NCBI GenBank assembly: GCA_963820025.1
Contig: CAWFYL010000003.1
Coordinates: 280,261-344,260 of the forward strand
Length of the DNA stretch: 64,000 bases
Reading direction: 5' to 3'
Source of the DNA: an uncultured Acidimicrobiia bacterium
GTDB taxonomy: Bacteria; Actinomycetota; Acidimicrobiia; IMCC26256; JAENVU01
Part shown: positions 49,101 through 58,756 of the stretch, in pieces
How the letters are laid out: the number at the start of each line of letters is the position of its first letter
Position numbering within the stretch: position 1 is the stretch's first letter
Notes under the pieces: model-generated
What the model was told of the DNA's origin: nothing
The model's input: the letters and a program-made list of their open reading frames with translations, nothing else
The model's database searches: none
Translations under genes and position numbers: made by a program

Positions 49101-49951
49101 CCACCGCGGGGTTCATCGGGCTCGGGAGCCAGGGCGGCGGGATGGCGCAGCGGCTGATCGAGCTGCGAGTCCCCACGACGCTCTGGGCCCGCAACCCGGC
49201 GGCGCTCGAGCCGTTCGCTCCCGGCGCGACGATCGCCGCCGACCCCGCGGAGCTCGGGCGCCGCAGCGACGTCGTCGGCATCTGCGTCACCGACGGCGCT
49301 GCGGTCCGGGACGTCACCCTCGGCCCCGCCGGCGTGCTCGCGGGGATGGCCGAGGGCAGCGTCGTGGCCATCCACTCGACGATCGGCACCGACGAGTGCG
49401 AGGAGATCGCCGAAGCCGGAGCGCGCGCCGGCGTGGACGTCATCGACGCGCCGGTCAGCGGCGGTGGGGCGGCCGCCGCCGCCGGCACGCTGACCGTCTA
49501 CGTCGGTGGCTCCCCGGCCAGTGTCGAACGGGCGCGGCCCGTGCTCCAGACCTACGGCGATCCCGTCCTGCACATGGGTGCGCTCGGGAGCGGACTGCGC
49601 ACGAAGCTGATCAACAACGTCCTGAACGCGGCGAACTTCGCGCTCGCGCACGACGCGATGGCGATCGGCGCCGCCCTCGGCCTCGACGTGGAGCAGCTCG
49701 GGACGGCGTTGCGCAACGGCAGCGGCCGGAGCTTCTCGCTCGACGTCTTCGTCGGTCTCGGATCGCTCGATGTCATCGCCGACCATGCGGGGCCGCTGCT
49801 CGCCAAGGACGTCGCCCTGTTCGGCCGCGAGGCCAACCCGTCACTCGGGCCGGCCCGCGACGTCCTGCTCGCGCCGGCCGACCGCTTCCTCGCCCTGGTC
49901 GGGCGGCCGCGGCCCGCGGGGCCCGACGAGGGCATGGAGGCGGCCCGATGA
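49097..49951 (+). CDS. NAD(P)-dependent oxidoreductase (3-hydroxyisobutyrate / 6-phosphogluconate dehydrogenase-like)
   Basis: ORF 48851..49951 trimmed to ATG 49097 (ATGA overlap). GFIGLGSQGGGMAQRL Rossmann motif, DAPVSGG, KLINNVL. Confidence 0.85.
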   Translation: MTTAGFIGLGSQGGGMAQRLIELRVPTTLWARNPAALEPFAPGATIAADPAELGRRSDVVGICVTDGAAVRDVTLGPAGVLAGMAEGSVVAIHSTIGTDECEEIAEAGARAGVDVIDAPVSGGGAAAAAGTLTVYVGGSPASVERARPVLQTYGDPVLHMGALGSGLRTKLINNVLNAANFALAHDAMAIGAALGLDVEQLGTALRNGSGRSFSLDVFVGLGSLDVIADHAGPLLAKDVALFGREANPSLGPARDVLLAPADRFLALVGRPRPAGPDEGMEAAR

Positions 49952-51234
49952 TCGAGTCGGTCGATCGTCGCCGCGTCAGCGTCGACGTCCGCACCCGGAA
50001 CACCGGGGCCGCCCAAGCCGTCGATCCGGCGGTCTTCTGGGCGGAGGACTGGAACGCCGCGCTCGAAGCACACGGGGCGCGGGCCGCGGCGGACGCCGAG
50101 CACCTCGGGTTGGCGCCGCTGACGATCCGGGTCGAAGGCGACGCGCGGACGCTCGCACCCGGGAACTGTCGGATCGACGCGGTCGAAGGGGCCGACGCCC
50201 CGCTCGTCGTCCACCTCGATCGTGACGCGTTCACGGACCTGGTCCTCGAGCGGCGGACCGCGCTCGGTCTCGCGGTGGCCGGTCGGGTCGAGGGCGACGG
50301 CGCGGCGAACCAGCTGTTCTGCGCGTGGGATCCGGTCCTGCGCTCGTTGCTCGACGGACGCTCCGTGTACCGCTCCGGCGACGTCGCGCTGCGCGCGCGC
50401 TCGACGGCAGTGACCTCGCGCTCGACCAGGAGGTTCGGCTCGGCGAGGACCCGCAGGCGGCCGCGCACTTCCTCGCCGAGGCCGGGTTCCTGCTGCTGCG
50501 AGACGTCTTCACCGAGGCGGAGATGGCCGCGATCGACGCGGACCTGTCCCGGGCAGTGGACGCCGCCCGTCCCGACGACGGGACCTCGTGGTGGGCCGCG
50601 ACGCGGCGAGGGCGAGCAGTACCCCTGTCGCATCCTCGACTTCGCGCAGCAGTCCGAACATCTTCGGGCCTGGTTCGGCGACGCCCGGTATCTGGCGATC
50701 GGCCAGATCCTCGACGACGAGCACGCGCCCGGGGATCCGTTCGGCGAGCACTTCAGCGACGTCACCGCGGAGGGGCTGGTGAAGCGGGTGGGCTCGGTCG
50801 AAGGCCTGGCGTGCCTGCCCTGGCACAAGGACTGCGAGCGGGGCGGCCACTCGATGTTCTGCTCCGGCATCACCGTCGGCATCTGCCTCACGCCGGTCGA
50901 CGAGGCGCACGGGGGTCTCGACGTCGTCGCGGGCTCGCACCGGGCGAACATCGCACGCACCCAGTTCGACGCCGGCCTCGACCTCCCCACGGTCAGGCTC
51001 CGCGCGGCCCCGGGCGACGTCACGGTCCACCTCTCGTGCACGCTCCACCGCTCGACCCATCCCCGGAGCGCGGAGCGACGCGTTGCCTACAGCGGGTTCG
51101 CGCTGCCGCCCCGACCGGGCGACCGCAAGGACGCGGTGGATCGCCGCGTGCTCGCTCGCCAGCGCGCCGAGCTCGCCGGCGGGCAGGAGCGCGCCGGGTT
51201 CCTTGCGGCGCCGACGCGGCATCAGCCGGCATGA
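49948..51234 (+). pseudogene. SCP2-like + phytanoyl-CoA dioxygenase (PhyH) family protein, with an internal out-of-frame segment (about 50400-50607)
   Basis: ATG 49948 (ATGA overlap). The ends lie in the frame of ORF 49048..51234 (LPWHKDCERGG, GSHRAN). The conserved middle LDGSDLALDQEV...FLLLRDVFTEAEMAAIDADL...DDGTSWW is readable only in the frame of ORF 50325..52070. Confidence 0.7.
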
Positions 51235-52070
51235 CGACGGTGTCCGTGGTGACCGGGGCCGCGGGGGCGATGGGTTGCGCCTGCGCGCGGGCCGTCGGTC
51301 CCCATGCCGACATCCTGCTGCTGACCGATTGCGACGAAGCCCGGCTCACGGCCGCAGCGGATGCGCTCCGGACGCTCGGTGTCCCGGTCCGGACCGTCGT
51401 CGGTGACATCGCCGATCCGGTCGTCGTGAAGGAGCTCGCCGCGGAGCTCGCCGCGAGCGGTGAGCTCCGCGCGCTCGTCCACACGGCGGGCTTGTCCCCG
51501 TCGATGGCTCCGTGGTCGGAGATCCTGCGGGTGGACCTCGTGGGCAGCGCGAGGTTGCTCGACGGGTTCCTCGACCGGGTGGTGCCGGGGAGTGTCGCGA
51601 TCTGCATCGCGTCCATCGCGGGCCAGCTGGGCACCTTCGATCCGGCGATGGATGCGGTGCTCGACGCACCGCTGGTCGCCGACTTCGCGCCGCGCTTCCG
51701 GTCGGCGCTCGGCACTCCGCCCGATCCCGGGTCGACCTACCGCCTGGCCAAGCGCGGGGTGATCCGGCTGTGCGAGCGTGCCGCGTCGACGTGGGGCGCC
51801 CGGGGCGGCCGGGTGCTCTCGCTGTCCCCGGGCCTGATCGACACGGAGATGGGACGGCTCGAGCTCGTGCACAACCCGATCAAGGAGCAGATGGCCGCCC
51901 GCACGCCCGTTCGCTCGGCTCGCCAGGATCCGCACGCCGCGCTGCCGGGACACGAGACCGACATCGCCGACGCGGTCGCGTTCCTCTGCTCCGAGCAGGC
52001 GTCGTTCGTCTCGGGCTGCGACGTCCGGGTCGACGGCGGCCTCGTCGCGGCGATGCAGCATCCCGAATGA
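51231..52070 (+). CDS. short-chain dehydrogenase/reductase (SDR)
   Basis: ATG 51231 (ATGA overlap). VVTGAAGAMG, YRLAKRG (YxxxK), FVSGCDVRVDGG. Confidence 0.85.
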   Translation: MTTVSVVTGAAGAMGCACARAVGPHADILLLTDCDEARLTAAADALRTLGVPVRTVVGDIADPVVVKELAAELAASGELRALVHTAGLSPSMAPWSEILRVDLVGSARLLDGFLDRVVPGSVAICIASIAGQLGTFDPAMDAVLDAPLVADFAPRFRSALGTPPDPGSTYRLAKRGVIRLCERAASTWGARGGRVLSLSPGLIDTEMGRLELVHNPIKEQMAARTPVRSARQDPHAALPGHETDIADAVAFLCSEQASFVSGCDVRVDGGLVAAMQHPE

Positions 52071-52537
52071 CGGTCGATCCGTCGACCCACGACCGACCTG
52101 GAGGAGCCATGGACGACGACGAGCGCCAACGGATCTCGGACGAGATCGCCGCGGCCCGCACCGAGACCGGCCGCCGGCGCTACCTGGAGGTGATGGTGCG
52201 AGAGGCGCCGCCGCCGGTGAGTCCGTTCCTCGAGAACGGGGTGGTGGACGCGGTGTTCGCCGAGCTCTGGGACCGTCCGGGGCTGTCGCGCCGCGACCGG
52301 CGTTGGGTCACGCTCGCGTGCGTCGCCGCGGCTGCCGTCGACGAACCGATCTACCAGCACGTGTATGCCGCGCTCGCCAGCGGCGACATCACGCGCGAGG
52401 AGTTCCAGGAGTTCGTGCTGCACTTCGCGTACTACGCCGGTTGGCCCCGTGCGTCGTCCATGGAGATGACGTACTACCGCGTCGTCGCCGAGCTGGACGC
52501 GCAAGCCGCGGGCGAGGGTGGCGAGCCTCCCTCGTGA
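52067..52537 (+). CDS. carboxymuconolactone decarboxylase (CMD/AhpD-like) family protein
   Basis: ATG 52067 (ATGA overlap; alternative ATG 52109). ELWDRPGLSRRDRRWVTLACVAA and EFVLHFAYYAGWP motifs. Confidence 0.75.
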   Translation: MTVDPSTHDRPGGAMDDDERQRISDEIAAARTETGRRRYLEVMVREAPPPVSPFLENGVVDAVFAELWDRPGLSRRDRRWVTLACVAAAAVDEPIYQHVYAALASGDITREEFQEFVLHFAYYAGWPRASSMEMTYYRVVAELDAQAAGEGGEPPS

Positions 52538-52544
52538 CGCAGGA

Positions 52545-53769
52545 TCAGACGCGGTCCAGCTCGAGCATGTTGATCGCGTTCCCGCGCAGCACCTTGTAGG
52601 CCACGGTCTCGTCGAACTCGGCGAGCATCTTCGTCGCGTACTCCTTGGAGCGCGGCCACGTCGTGTCCGTGTGCGGGTAGTCGGTCTCGAAGCAGACGTT
52701 GTCCGGTCCGACCTCGGCGAGCGACGAGAGGCCGTGCCGGTCCGCGGTGAAGCAACCGAAGATGCGGCCGTAGTAGTAGGTCGACGGCGGTTCGGGGATG
52801 CGGGCCTTGGAGTGCTGCCAGCTGTCGTGCTGGTCCCACACCGTGTCCGCCCGCTCGAGCGTGTACGGGATCCAGCCGATCTGGCCTTCCGAGTACGCGA
52901 GCTTCAGCTTGGGGAACTCGATGAGCTTGCCCGAGAAGAGCCAGTCGGCCAGCGACGCCATCGAGGTGTTGAACGCGAGTGTCCCGCCGACGCCGCCGGG
53001 CGCGTCGGGAGATGCCGCGGGGTTCGTCGAGGACGAGCCGATGTGCATGCAGAGGGTGACCCCGTGGTCGTTGCACGCCGCGAGGAGCTTGTCCCACCCG
53101 CCGCTGTGGATCGTCGGGAGCTTCAGGTGATGGGGGAGCTCGCTGAAGCAGATCGCGTGGCATCCCTTCGCCGCGATTCGTTCGACCTCCTGCACCGCGA
53201 GGTCGACGTCCCAGAGTGGGATGAGGCAGAGGGGGATGTTCACGCCGCCCGATGGCTCGCACCACTCCTCGATCATCCAGTCGTTGTAGGCCTTGACGCA
53301 CGCGAGGCCGAGCTCCTTGTCGTTGGCCTCGTAGAAGGTCTGCCCGCAGAACCGTGGGAACGTCGGGAAGGGCAGTGACCCGTCGACCCAGTTGAGCTCG
53401 AAGTCCTTCACGCGGCGCGTCGCGCTCGTAGCAGCCGGGCCGCATCTCGTCGTAGGTGAGAGCCTCCATCACCATCTTCGACCGGTCGAAGTTGTTCACG
53501 TCCTCTCCCGGTGTGGCTTCGAGCGGGATCGCGACGAACCGCTTGTGCACGTAGATGAGGCGGTCCTCGAAGTACCAGGCGTCACCCCAGAGCCCGTTCG
53601 GGTCCTCGGTGTTGATGTACTTCGCCCCGGGCTTGTGGCTGAACGGACCCCACCGCTTGCGCTCCACCCGGGGCCCGGCCTCCCGGAACTGCGCCGGCAG
53701 CCAGGTCTGCCAGACGTGCGCCGGCTCCACGACATGGTCGTCGACGCTGATGATCTTGGGCAGATCCAT
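52545..53769 (-). pseudogene. amidohydrolase-2 family hydrolase, interrupted by a +1 frameshift near 53412-53418
   Basis: N-terminal part in ORF 52474..53769 (MDLPKIISVDDHVVEP...EMRPGCYERDA). C-terminal part in ORF 52545..53411 (VKDFELNWVDGS...). The intact paralog 60870..62096 reads CYDRDERVKDLALNW across the same point. Confidence 0.8.
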
Positions 53770-53802
53770 GGGTGCTCCTCGGGGGCCGGACCGATCGCTC
53801 GA

Positions 53803-53818
53803 CTGACGCTACCGTCAG
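53803..53818. promoter_or_regulatory. CTGACG-CTAC-CGTCAG palindrome upstream of amidohydrolase 52545..53769
   Basis: 6-bp perfect arms, ~34 nt upstream of the ATG at 53769. Same core as 60823..60840. Confidence 0.55.
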
Positions 53819-53838
53819 GTTCCGGCGGAGGCGACCTC

Positions 53839-54219
53839 TCAGCCGACGGGCGGGAGGTTGAAGGAGCTCGTCCAGTCGGGATGGATGCGGATGACCTCTC
53901 GCGAGAACCCGTCGCCCGGCGGCTCGACGTCGGAGAGCGCTTCGGCGGTGCCCCGGATCTCGAGGTAGATCGGGTGCCACCCCTCGGAGGTGTCCACGAC
54001 GTCGACGACGAAGGCCACCCGCGAGCCGTCGCGCACGTTGCGGAACTTCTTCGTGTCGCCCATGTGCATGCCGCCGATGTCGATCGTGTCGTCGGCACGC
54101 ACGAAGAAGGTCACCGGCGCGTTGCCGACGATACCGGCGGGCGACACCGTCGCCAGGCGACCGAGCCGCTGGCTCGCGAGCCATGCCCGCTCCTCGGGGG
54201 TGAAGCCGTCGAATGCCAT
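53839..54219 (-). CDS. PPOX-class (pyridoxamine 5'-phosphate oxidase fold) probable F420-dependent protein
   Basis: 126 aa. LASQRLGRLATVSPAGIVGNAPV and KFRNVRDGSRVAFVVD motifs. GGAGG SD. Confidence 0.8.
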   Translation of the reverse strand: MAFDGFTPEERAWLASQRLGRLATVSPAGIVGNAPVTFFVRADDTIDIGGMHMGDTKKFRNVRDGSRVAFVVDVVDTSEGWHPIYLEIRGTAEALSDVEPPGDGFSREVIRIHPDWTSSFNLPPVG

Positions 54220-54289
54220 CGTTGGTGACCTCCGTGGGTAAGGCTACCGGTGAGATGAACGTCCCCCGCGCCCTCGTCGAGCCCTCACC

Positions 54290-54817
54290 GTGACGACGCG
54301 CATCGCATTCCTGCGGGCGGTGAACCTCGGCAAGCGCCGCGTCGCCATGCCGCGCCTGATCGCGGTGCTGGAGGGACTGGGCTGCACGAACGTCTGGACG
54401 TTCGTGAACAGCGGCAACGCGGTCTTCGACCAGTCGGGGTCCCGTGCGGCGCTCGAACGGACGATCGAGGACGCGCTCCGGGAGGATTTCGGCTTCGAGG
54501 TCGAGACGTTCGTGCGTACGGCCACGGAGCTCCGGCGTGCCGTGGCGGAGCAGCCGTTCCCGATCACCGGCGGCGACACGCACTTCATCACGTTCCTCAA
54601 GCGGCCGCCCGGCACCGTCACGAGCCGGGCGCTCGAGCAGCTGTCCAACGACTACGACACGCTCGTCGTGCACGGACACGACGTCCATTGGCGGATGCGC
54701 GGGAAGTCCTCGGACTCGACGCTGAGGAAGAAGGACTGGGAGATCGTCGGCAAGAACGCGAGCACGAGTCGCAACATCAACATGCTCCGCCGTCTGGTCG
54801 CGAAGATCGACGGCTGA
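54290..54817 (+). CDS. DUF1697 family protein
   Basis: 175 aa. IAFLRAVNLGKRRVAMPRL and TFVNSGNAVF are characteristic of DUF1697. Confidence 0.8.
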   Translation: MTTRIAFLRAVNLGKRRVAMPRLIAVLEGLGCTNVWTFVNSGNAVFDQSGSRAALERTIEDALREDFGFEVETFVRTATELRRAVAEQPFPITGGDTHFITFLKRPPGTVTSRALEQLSNDYDTLVVHGHDVHWRMRGKSSDSTLRKKDWEIVGKNASTSRNINMLRRLVAKIDG

Positions 54818-54827
54818 TGACGGTGCC

Positions 54828-56213
54828 TCACGCGGGCGCGTAGCTCCAGTCGGGCTGCTTGCGCCCCTGCGCCGAGTCGTAGGTCGCGACGCCGTCGCGG
54901 AGGTCGACGATCTTGGGCACCGGCAGCGTCTGGAGTGACTCGGGGCTGATCGTCTCGGCGGTGAACTCGTCGGGAAACCGGCGGAGCAGGCTGCTGATGA
55001 CGCGCTGCTCCTCCTCGCCGAGGAAGCAGCGGTTCTGGCTCGTCACGTCACGCAGACGCTGCCCGACGATCTCGATGTCCGGCGAATCCTCGTCGTGCGC
55101 GGCCAGCGCGTCGAGGTGGCGAGTGATCTCCCCGGTGCCGAACTTGCAGGCCCGGCACTGGCCGCAGGACTCGACGTACAGGAACCTCGAAACCATGCGC
55201 GCGACCGCGAGCATGCTGCGGCGGTCGTCGAAGACGATGAAGCCGGCGGACCCGAGGGCGCTCCCGACGGCCGCCAGCCCTTCGTAGCCGACCGGCGCGT
55301 CGAGGTCATCGCCGGCCAGGACCGGGTTCGAGACCCCGGACAGGACGGCCTTGACCGCGCGGCCGTCCGTCGCGCCACCGCCGATCCGGTCGATGACCGC
55401 CCGCAGGGACATCCCGGGCTCGATCTCCTCGTAGCCCGCGTGTGCGACGTCGCCGACGACGGTGCAGATCAACGGGCCAGGCGTCTCACGGGTCCCGATC
55501 GTCCGGAACCAGTCCGGTCCGCGCGTGAGGACGAGCGGCACATTGGCGAGGGACTCGACGTTGTTTACCAGCGTCGGATTCGACCCGGTGGCCGCGGGAT
55601 CCTCGACCGGACCCACGCCCGCGGACCAGCCTTCTTGCGGGGTCGTCGCGTAGAGGCCGTGGAGGTACGGCGGCAGCCACCGGGGCAGCGGCTCGTTGCC
55701 CTCGATGACCTCGAGCAGCGCCTTCTCCTCGCCGAACAGGTACTCCTCCGGCCCGCCGACCAGGCTGACGGGGGCATCGCCGAGGAGATCGGCGTCGGCC
55801 ATCTCGCGCAGCGCGCGTTGCAACGCCTCGATCTCGGGACCGAAGGAGGCCTTCACCGCGACGAACGCCTCCCGCGCGTTGACCACCGTCGAGGCGACCG
55901 CCAGCCCCTCGAGCACCTGGTAGGGGTTGGCGCGCATGAGGGGCCGGTCCTTGAACGTCCCCGGCTCGCCCTCGGCCCCGTTGGCCACGACGTACCGGTC
56001 GCCGAGCTCGCGTCCGCCGGCGGCGACGGAGCGCCACTTGGTCGCGGTGGGGAACCCAGCCCCGCCGCGCCCCCGCAGTCCGGCGCGTACGAGCTGGTCC
56101 AGCACCCACGCGTCCCCCCGCTCGCGGGCGGCCGGGAGCGCGCGGCCACCGCCGGCGGCGAGGTAGTCGGCCAGCGTCGCGTGCGGCCGCTCGGGCAGCA
56201 GGTACGTGCTCAC
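54828..56213 (-). CDS. NuoF-like (complex I 51-kDa subunit family) NADH-binding FMN/4Fe-4S protein, standalone
   Basis: 461 aa. [29 protein letters not shown] and the [12 protein letters not shown] cluster motif. GTGA overlap with the upstream ADH stop. Confidence 0.85.
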   Translation of the reverse strand: MSTYLLPERPHATLADYLAAGGGRALPAARERGDAWVLDQLVRAGLRGRGGAGFPTATKWRSVAAGGRELGDRYVVANGAEGEPGTFKDRPLMRANPYQVLEGLAVASTVVNAREAFVAVKASFGPEIEALQRALREMADADLLGDAPVSLVGGPEEYLFGEEKALLEVIEGNEPLPRWLPPYLHGLYATTPQEGWSAGVGPVEDPAATGSNPTLVNNVESLANVPLVLTRGPDWFRTIGTRETPGPLICTVVGDVAHAGYEEIEPGMSLRAVIDRIGGGATDGRAVKAVLSGVSNPVLAGDDLDAPVGYEGLAAVGSALGSAGFIVFDDRRSMLAVARMVSRFLYVESCGQCRACKFGTGEITRHLDALAAHDEDSPDIEIVGQRLRDVTSQNRCFLGEEEQRVISSLLRRFPDEFTAETISPESLQTLPVPKIVDLRDGVATYDSAQGRKQPDWSYAPA

Positions 56214-57244
56214 CGCCGCATCTCCTCGCCGATCAACAGCACCGCGGCGCCGTCGACGCGGTCGTGCGCGAGGTCCCGCAGCGCGTCGTTCGCCCGCTCG
56301 AACGGATACGGCGTCGTGGTGACCTGCATATGGATCTGCGCCGCGACCTGGAGGAGCTGCCGGCCGTCGTCACGGGTGTTGGCGGTCACGCTGCGGAGGT
56401 TCCGCTCCTGGAAGAGGTGGCGCTGGTAGTCGAGCGGCGGCGTGTCCGTCAGGTAGATGCCCGCGACCGCGAGGGTGCCGCCGCGGTCCAGCGCCTCGAG
56501 TGCCGGTGGCACCAGCGTGCCGACCGGCGCGAACAGGATCGACGCGTCGAGCGGTTCGGGTGGGGTGTCGGCCTCGCCGCCCGCGCTCGAGGCTCCGAGC
56601 TCGAGTGCGAGCTCGCGCGCTCGTGCCGCGCGCGTGAGGACGTGCACCCGAAGGCCCTCGGCGATCGCGATCTGCGCGGTCAGGTGGGCCGACGCACCGA
56701 ACCCGTAGATGCCGAGCCGTCCCCCGGGTGGGCACCGGGCCTGACGCAGGGCGCGGTAGCCGATGATGCCGGCGCACAGCAGCGGCGCGGCATCGACATC
56801 GTCGAACGAGGACGGAAGGGCGTACACGTAGTCGGCTTCGGCCACGAGGTACTCGGCGTATCCGCCGTCGATGTCCCAACCCGTGAACTGCGGCGCGACG
56901 CACAGGTTCTCGCGGATCGAGGTGCAGAACCGGCACGTGCCATCGGTGTGCGCGAGCCACGGCACGCCCACCCGGTCGCCGAGCGCGATCTTCACGACGT
57001 CGTCGCCGAGCGCGTCGACGATGCCGACGACCTCGTGACCCGGTGTGACCCGGGGGCGCCTGGGCGCGAGGTCACCTTCGGCGAGGTGCAGGTCGGTGCG
57101 GCACACCCCACAGGCGAGGACCCGGACCCGCACCTGACCCGGCGCCGGAGTGGGGACCGGCCGTTCCACCATGACCAACGGGTGCTCGTCGATCGGCCCC
57201 GGCTCGTCGACCACCCAGGCCCGCATCGTCTGGGGATCGGTCAT
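56210..57244 (-). CDS. zinc-dependent alcohol dehydrogenase (MDR family)
   Basis: ORF 56210..58048 trimmed to ATG 57244 (GAGGAG SD). [15 protein letters not shown], structural-zinc Cys cluster ([12 protein letters not shown]), GFGASAH Rossmann. Confidence 0.9.
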   Translation of the reverse strand: MTDPQTMRAWVVDEPGPIDEHPLVMVERPVPTPAPGQVRVRVLACGVCRTDLHLAEGDLAPRRPRVTPGHEVVGIVDALGDDVVKIALGDRVGVPWLAHTDGTCRFCTSIRENLCVAPQFTGWDIDGGYAEYLVAEADYVYALPSSFDDVDAAPLLCAGIIGYRALRQARCPPGGRLGIYGFGASAHLTAQIAIAEGLRVHVLTRAARARELALELGASSAGGEADTPPEPLDASILFAPVGTLVPPALEALDRGGTLAVAGIYLTDTPPLDYQRHLFQERNLRSVTANTRDDGRQLLQVAAQIHMQVTTTPYPFERANDALRDLAHDRVDGAAVLLIGEEMRR

Positions 57245-57294
57245 CAAGGCGCTCCTCGGGTCGCGGTCGTACGCCACGGTACGCAATGCGCCGG

Positions 57295-57322
57295 GTGCGG
57301 TCCGCCGCCGAGCGGACCGCAC
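57295..57322. promoter_or_regulatory. 11-bp perfect inverted repeat GTGCGGTCCGC-N6-GCGGACCGCAC
   Basis: Lies in the divergent region between the ADH/NuoF-like operon (start 57244) and the LuxR response regulator (start 57413). Confidence 0.45.
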
Positions 57323-57412
57323 CTGGGCCGTTCCCGGAGAGGCGTGAACGCCCGCGCCGACTCCCCCGGATGGGGGCGGTTGGCGCCGGACGCAAGCGGC
57401 TACAACCCATCG

Positions 57413-58042
57413 GTGACGAACCAGCCGGCGCGGATCGCGGTCGTGAACGACTACGAGCTCGTCGTCGCGGGAGTGGAGCACCTCCTCAGCCGCTTCGCCG
57501 ACCGCCTGCTGGTCTGCGAGGCGATCCTCGTCGGTGAGCCCGTGACGGCTGACATCGACGTCGCGCTCTATGACCTGTATGGACGGGCGGGTGTCGCCGG
57601 CGACGCGTTGCGGATGCTCGTCGGCGATCCCCACATCGAGCGGGTCGCGGTGTTCGCGCTGGATCTCTCGCCCGATCTCATAGCAGACGGACGGGCGGCC
57701 GGCGCGTCGGGGTTCATCTCGAAGGCGTTGCGCGGGGACGAGATCGCGGACGCGCTGGTGCGCGTCGCGCACGGTGAGGACGTCCTGGCCGGGACCGCGA
57801 CGCCGAAGGCGGCCAGCTCCGACCTGGCGTGGCCCGGCCAGGCGTCGGGGCTCACCGAGCGCGAGAGCCAGGTGCTCACGCTCCTCGCGGAGGGACACAC
57901 GAACCGGGAGATCGCCGCCGCGCTCTACCTCAGCGCGGAGACGATCAAGAGCTACGTGGCGCAGATCTTCGCCAAGATCGAGGTGCGCAACCGCGTCGAG
58001 GCCGCCAACTTCGTGCACCGCACCCGCGACTTCGACCGCTGA
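57413..58042 (+). CDS. LuxR/NarL-family response regulator (orphan)
   Basis: ORF 56264..58042 trimmed to GTG 57413. Receiver-like N-terminus ([10 protein letters not shown]...VALYDL...GFISK). C-terminal [39 protein letters not shown]. No histidine kinase in the window. Confidence 0.85.
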   Translation: MTNQPARIAVVNDYELVVAGVEHLLSRFADRLLVCEAILVGEPVTADIDVALYDLYGRAGVAGDALRMLVGDPHIERVAVFALDLSPDLIADGRAAGASGFISKALRGDEIADALVRVAHGEDVLAGTATPKAASSDLAWPGQASGLTERESQVLTLLAEGHTNREIAAALYLSAETIKSYVAQIFAKIEVRNRVEAANFVHRTRDFDR

Positions 58043-58756
58043 GCGCACGCCGCTCCTCGGCGACCGCGGCCTTGTCCGAGGTCACTGACCGCGCGAAGCT
58101 CACCGTCCGTCAGAGCTGTGACCGTGGGCAGGGTGGCAGGTACGGGAGACCGTCGGGTTCGACGACGAGATTGCGTCGGGGCTCTCCATGCTCGCGACCG
58201 GATCGATTCGGGCCTCGCGACGAAAGCTCGTGAGGAGCTCGAGCAGCCAACTCCCGATGCAGAAGTCCTCCTGAACCTGGCCGAGGCATTCCGCGCGGGT
58301 ACGGAGCGCCTCTTCCGGTACCGGACGGCGGCTTGGAACATTCTCCGTCGCTCGGAGCGGCGCGAGTGGCTCGGATCCGTGATCCCGTTCCATCCGGACG
58401 CGTGGCGCTCGCGGATCACTGACCGGCGAGTCGCCGCGGCGTCGAGCTATGCGATCAAGGCCCGAAGACTTCCACCTGCGGCCATCGCGCTCCCGCCGGC
58501 GACGCGTACGGACCTATGGCAGGTCCTCTACAACTACGCGTCGCGGTGGCGTTGAGGGCGACCGATGACGCGACGTTGATGTCTGCCATGCGCTATCTCG
58601 AGATGGCGCGCGAGCACGACGACGAGGGTCGGCTCACCGCGAGATGGGTCAAGCGCGACCCCGAACCTGCGACAGCTGCGAACGGCTCCCCAGTTCGAGG
58701 TCCTGCTCGCGCAGCTCCCGCCGTAGCGCGGAGACGTCGAGTGCGCGTCCCCGCGG

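Noticed and set aside
56210-58048. 612-aa and 592-aa ORFs (56210..58048 minus, 56264..58042 plus) suggesting giant ADH or regulator proteins.
   Set aside because: The recognisable domains occupy only the C-terminal 344 aa and 209 aa respectively. Internal starts with an SD (57244) or a sensible N-terminus (57413) fit, and the N-terminal extensions are mutual antisense artefacts.
58649-58756. 35 in-frame codons after the lipoprotein TAG stop (PRGRALDVSALRRELREQDLELGSRSQLSQVRGRA) with G/C-rich third positions. Possible readthrough extension or a mutated stop.
   Set aside because: No independent support. It is short and could be chance in GC-rich DNA. It is folded into the note on the unassigned 58050-58760 region.
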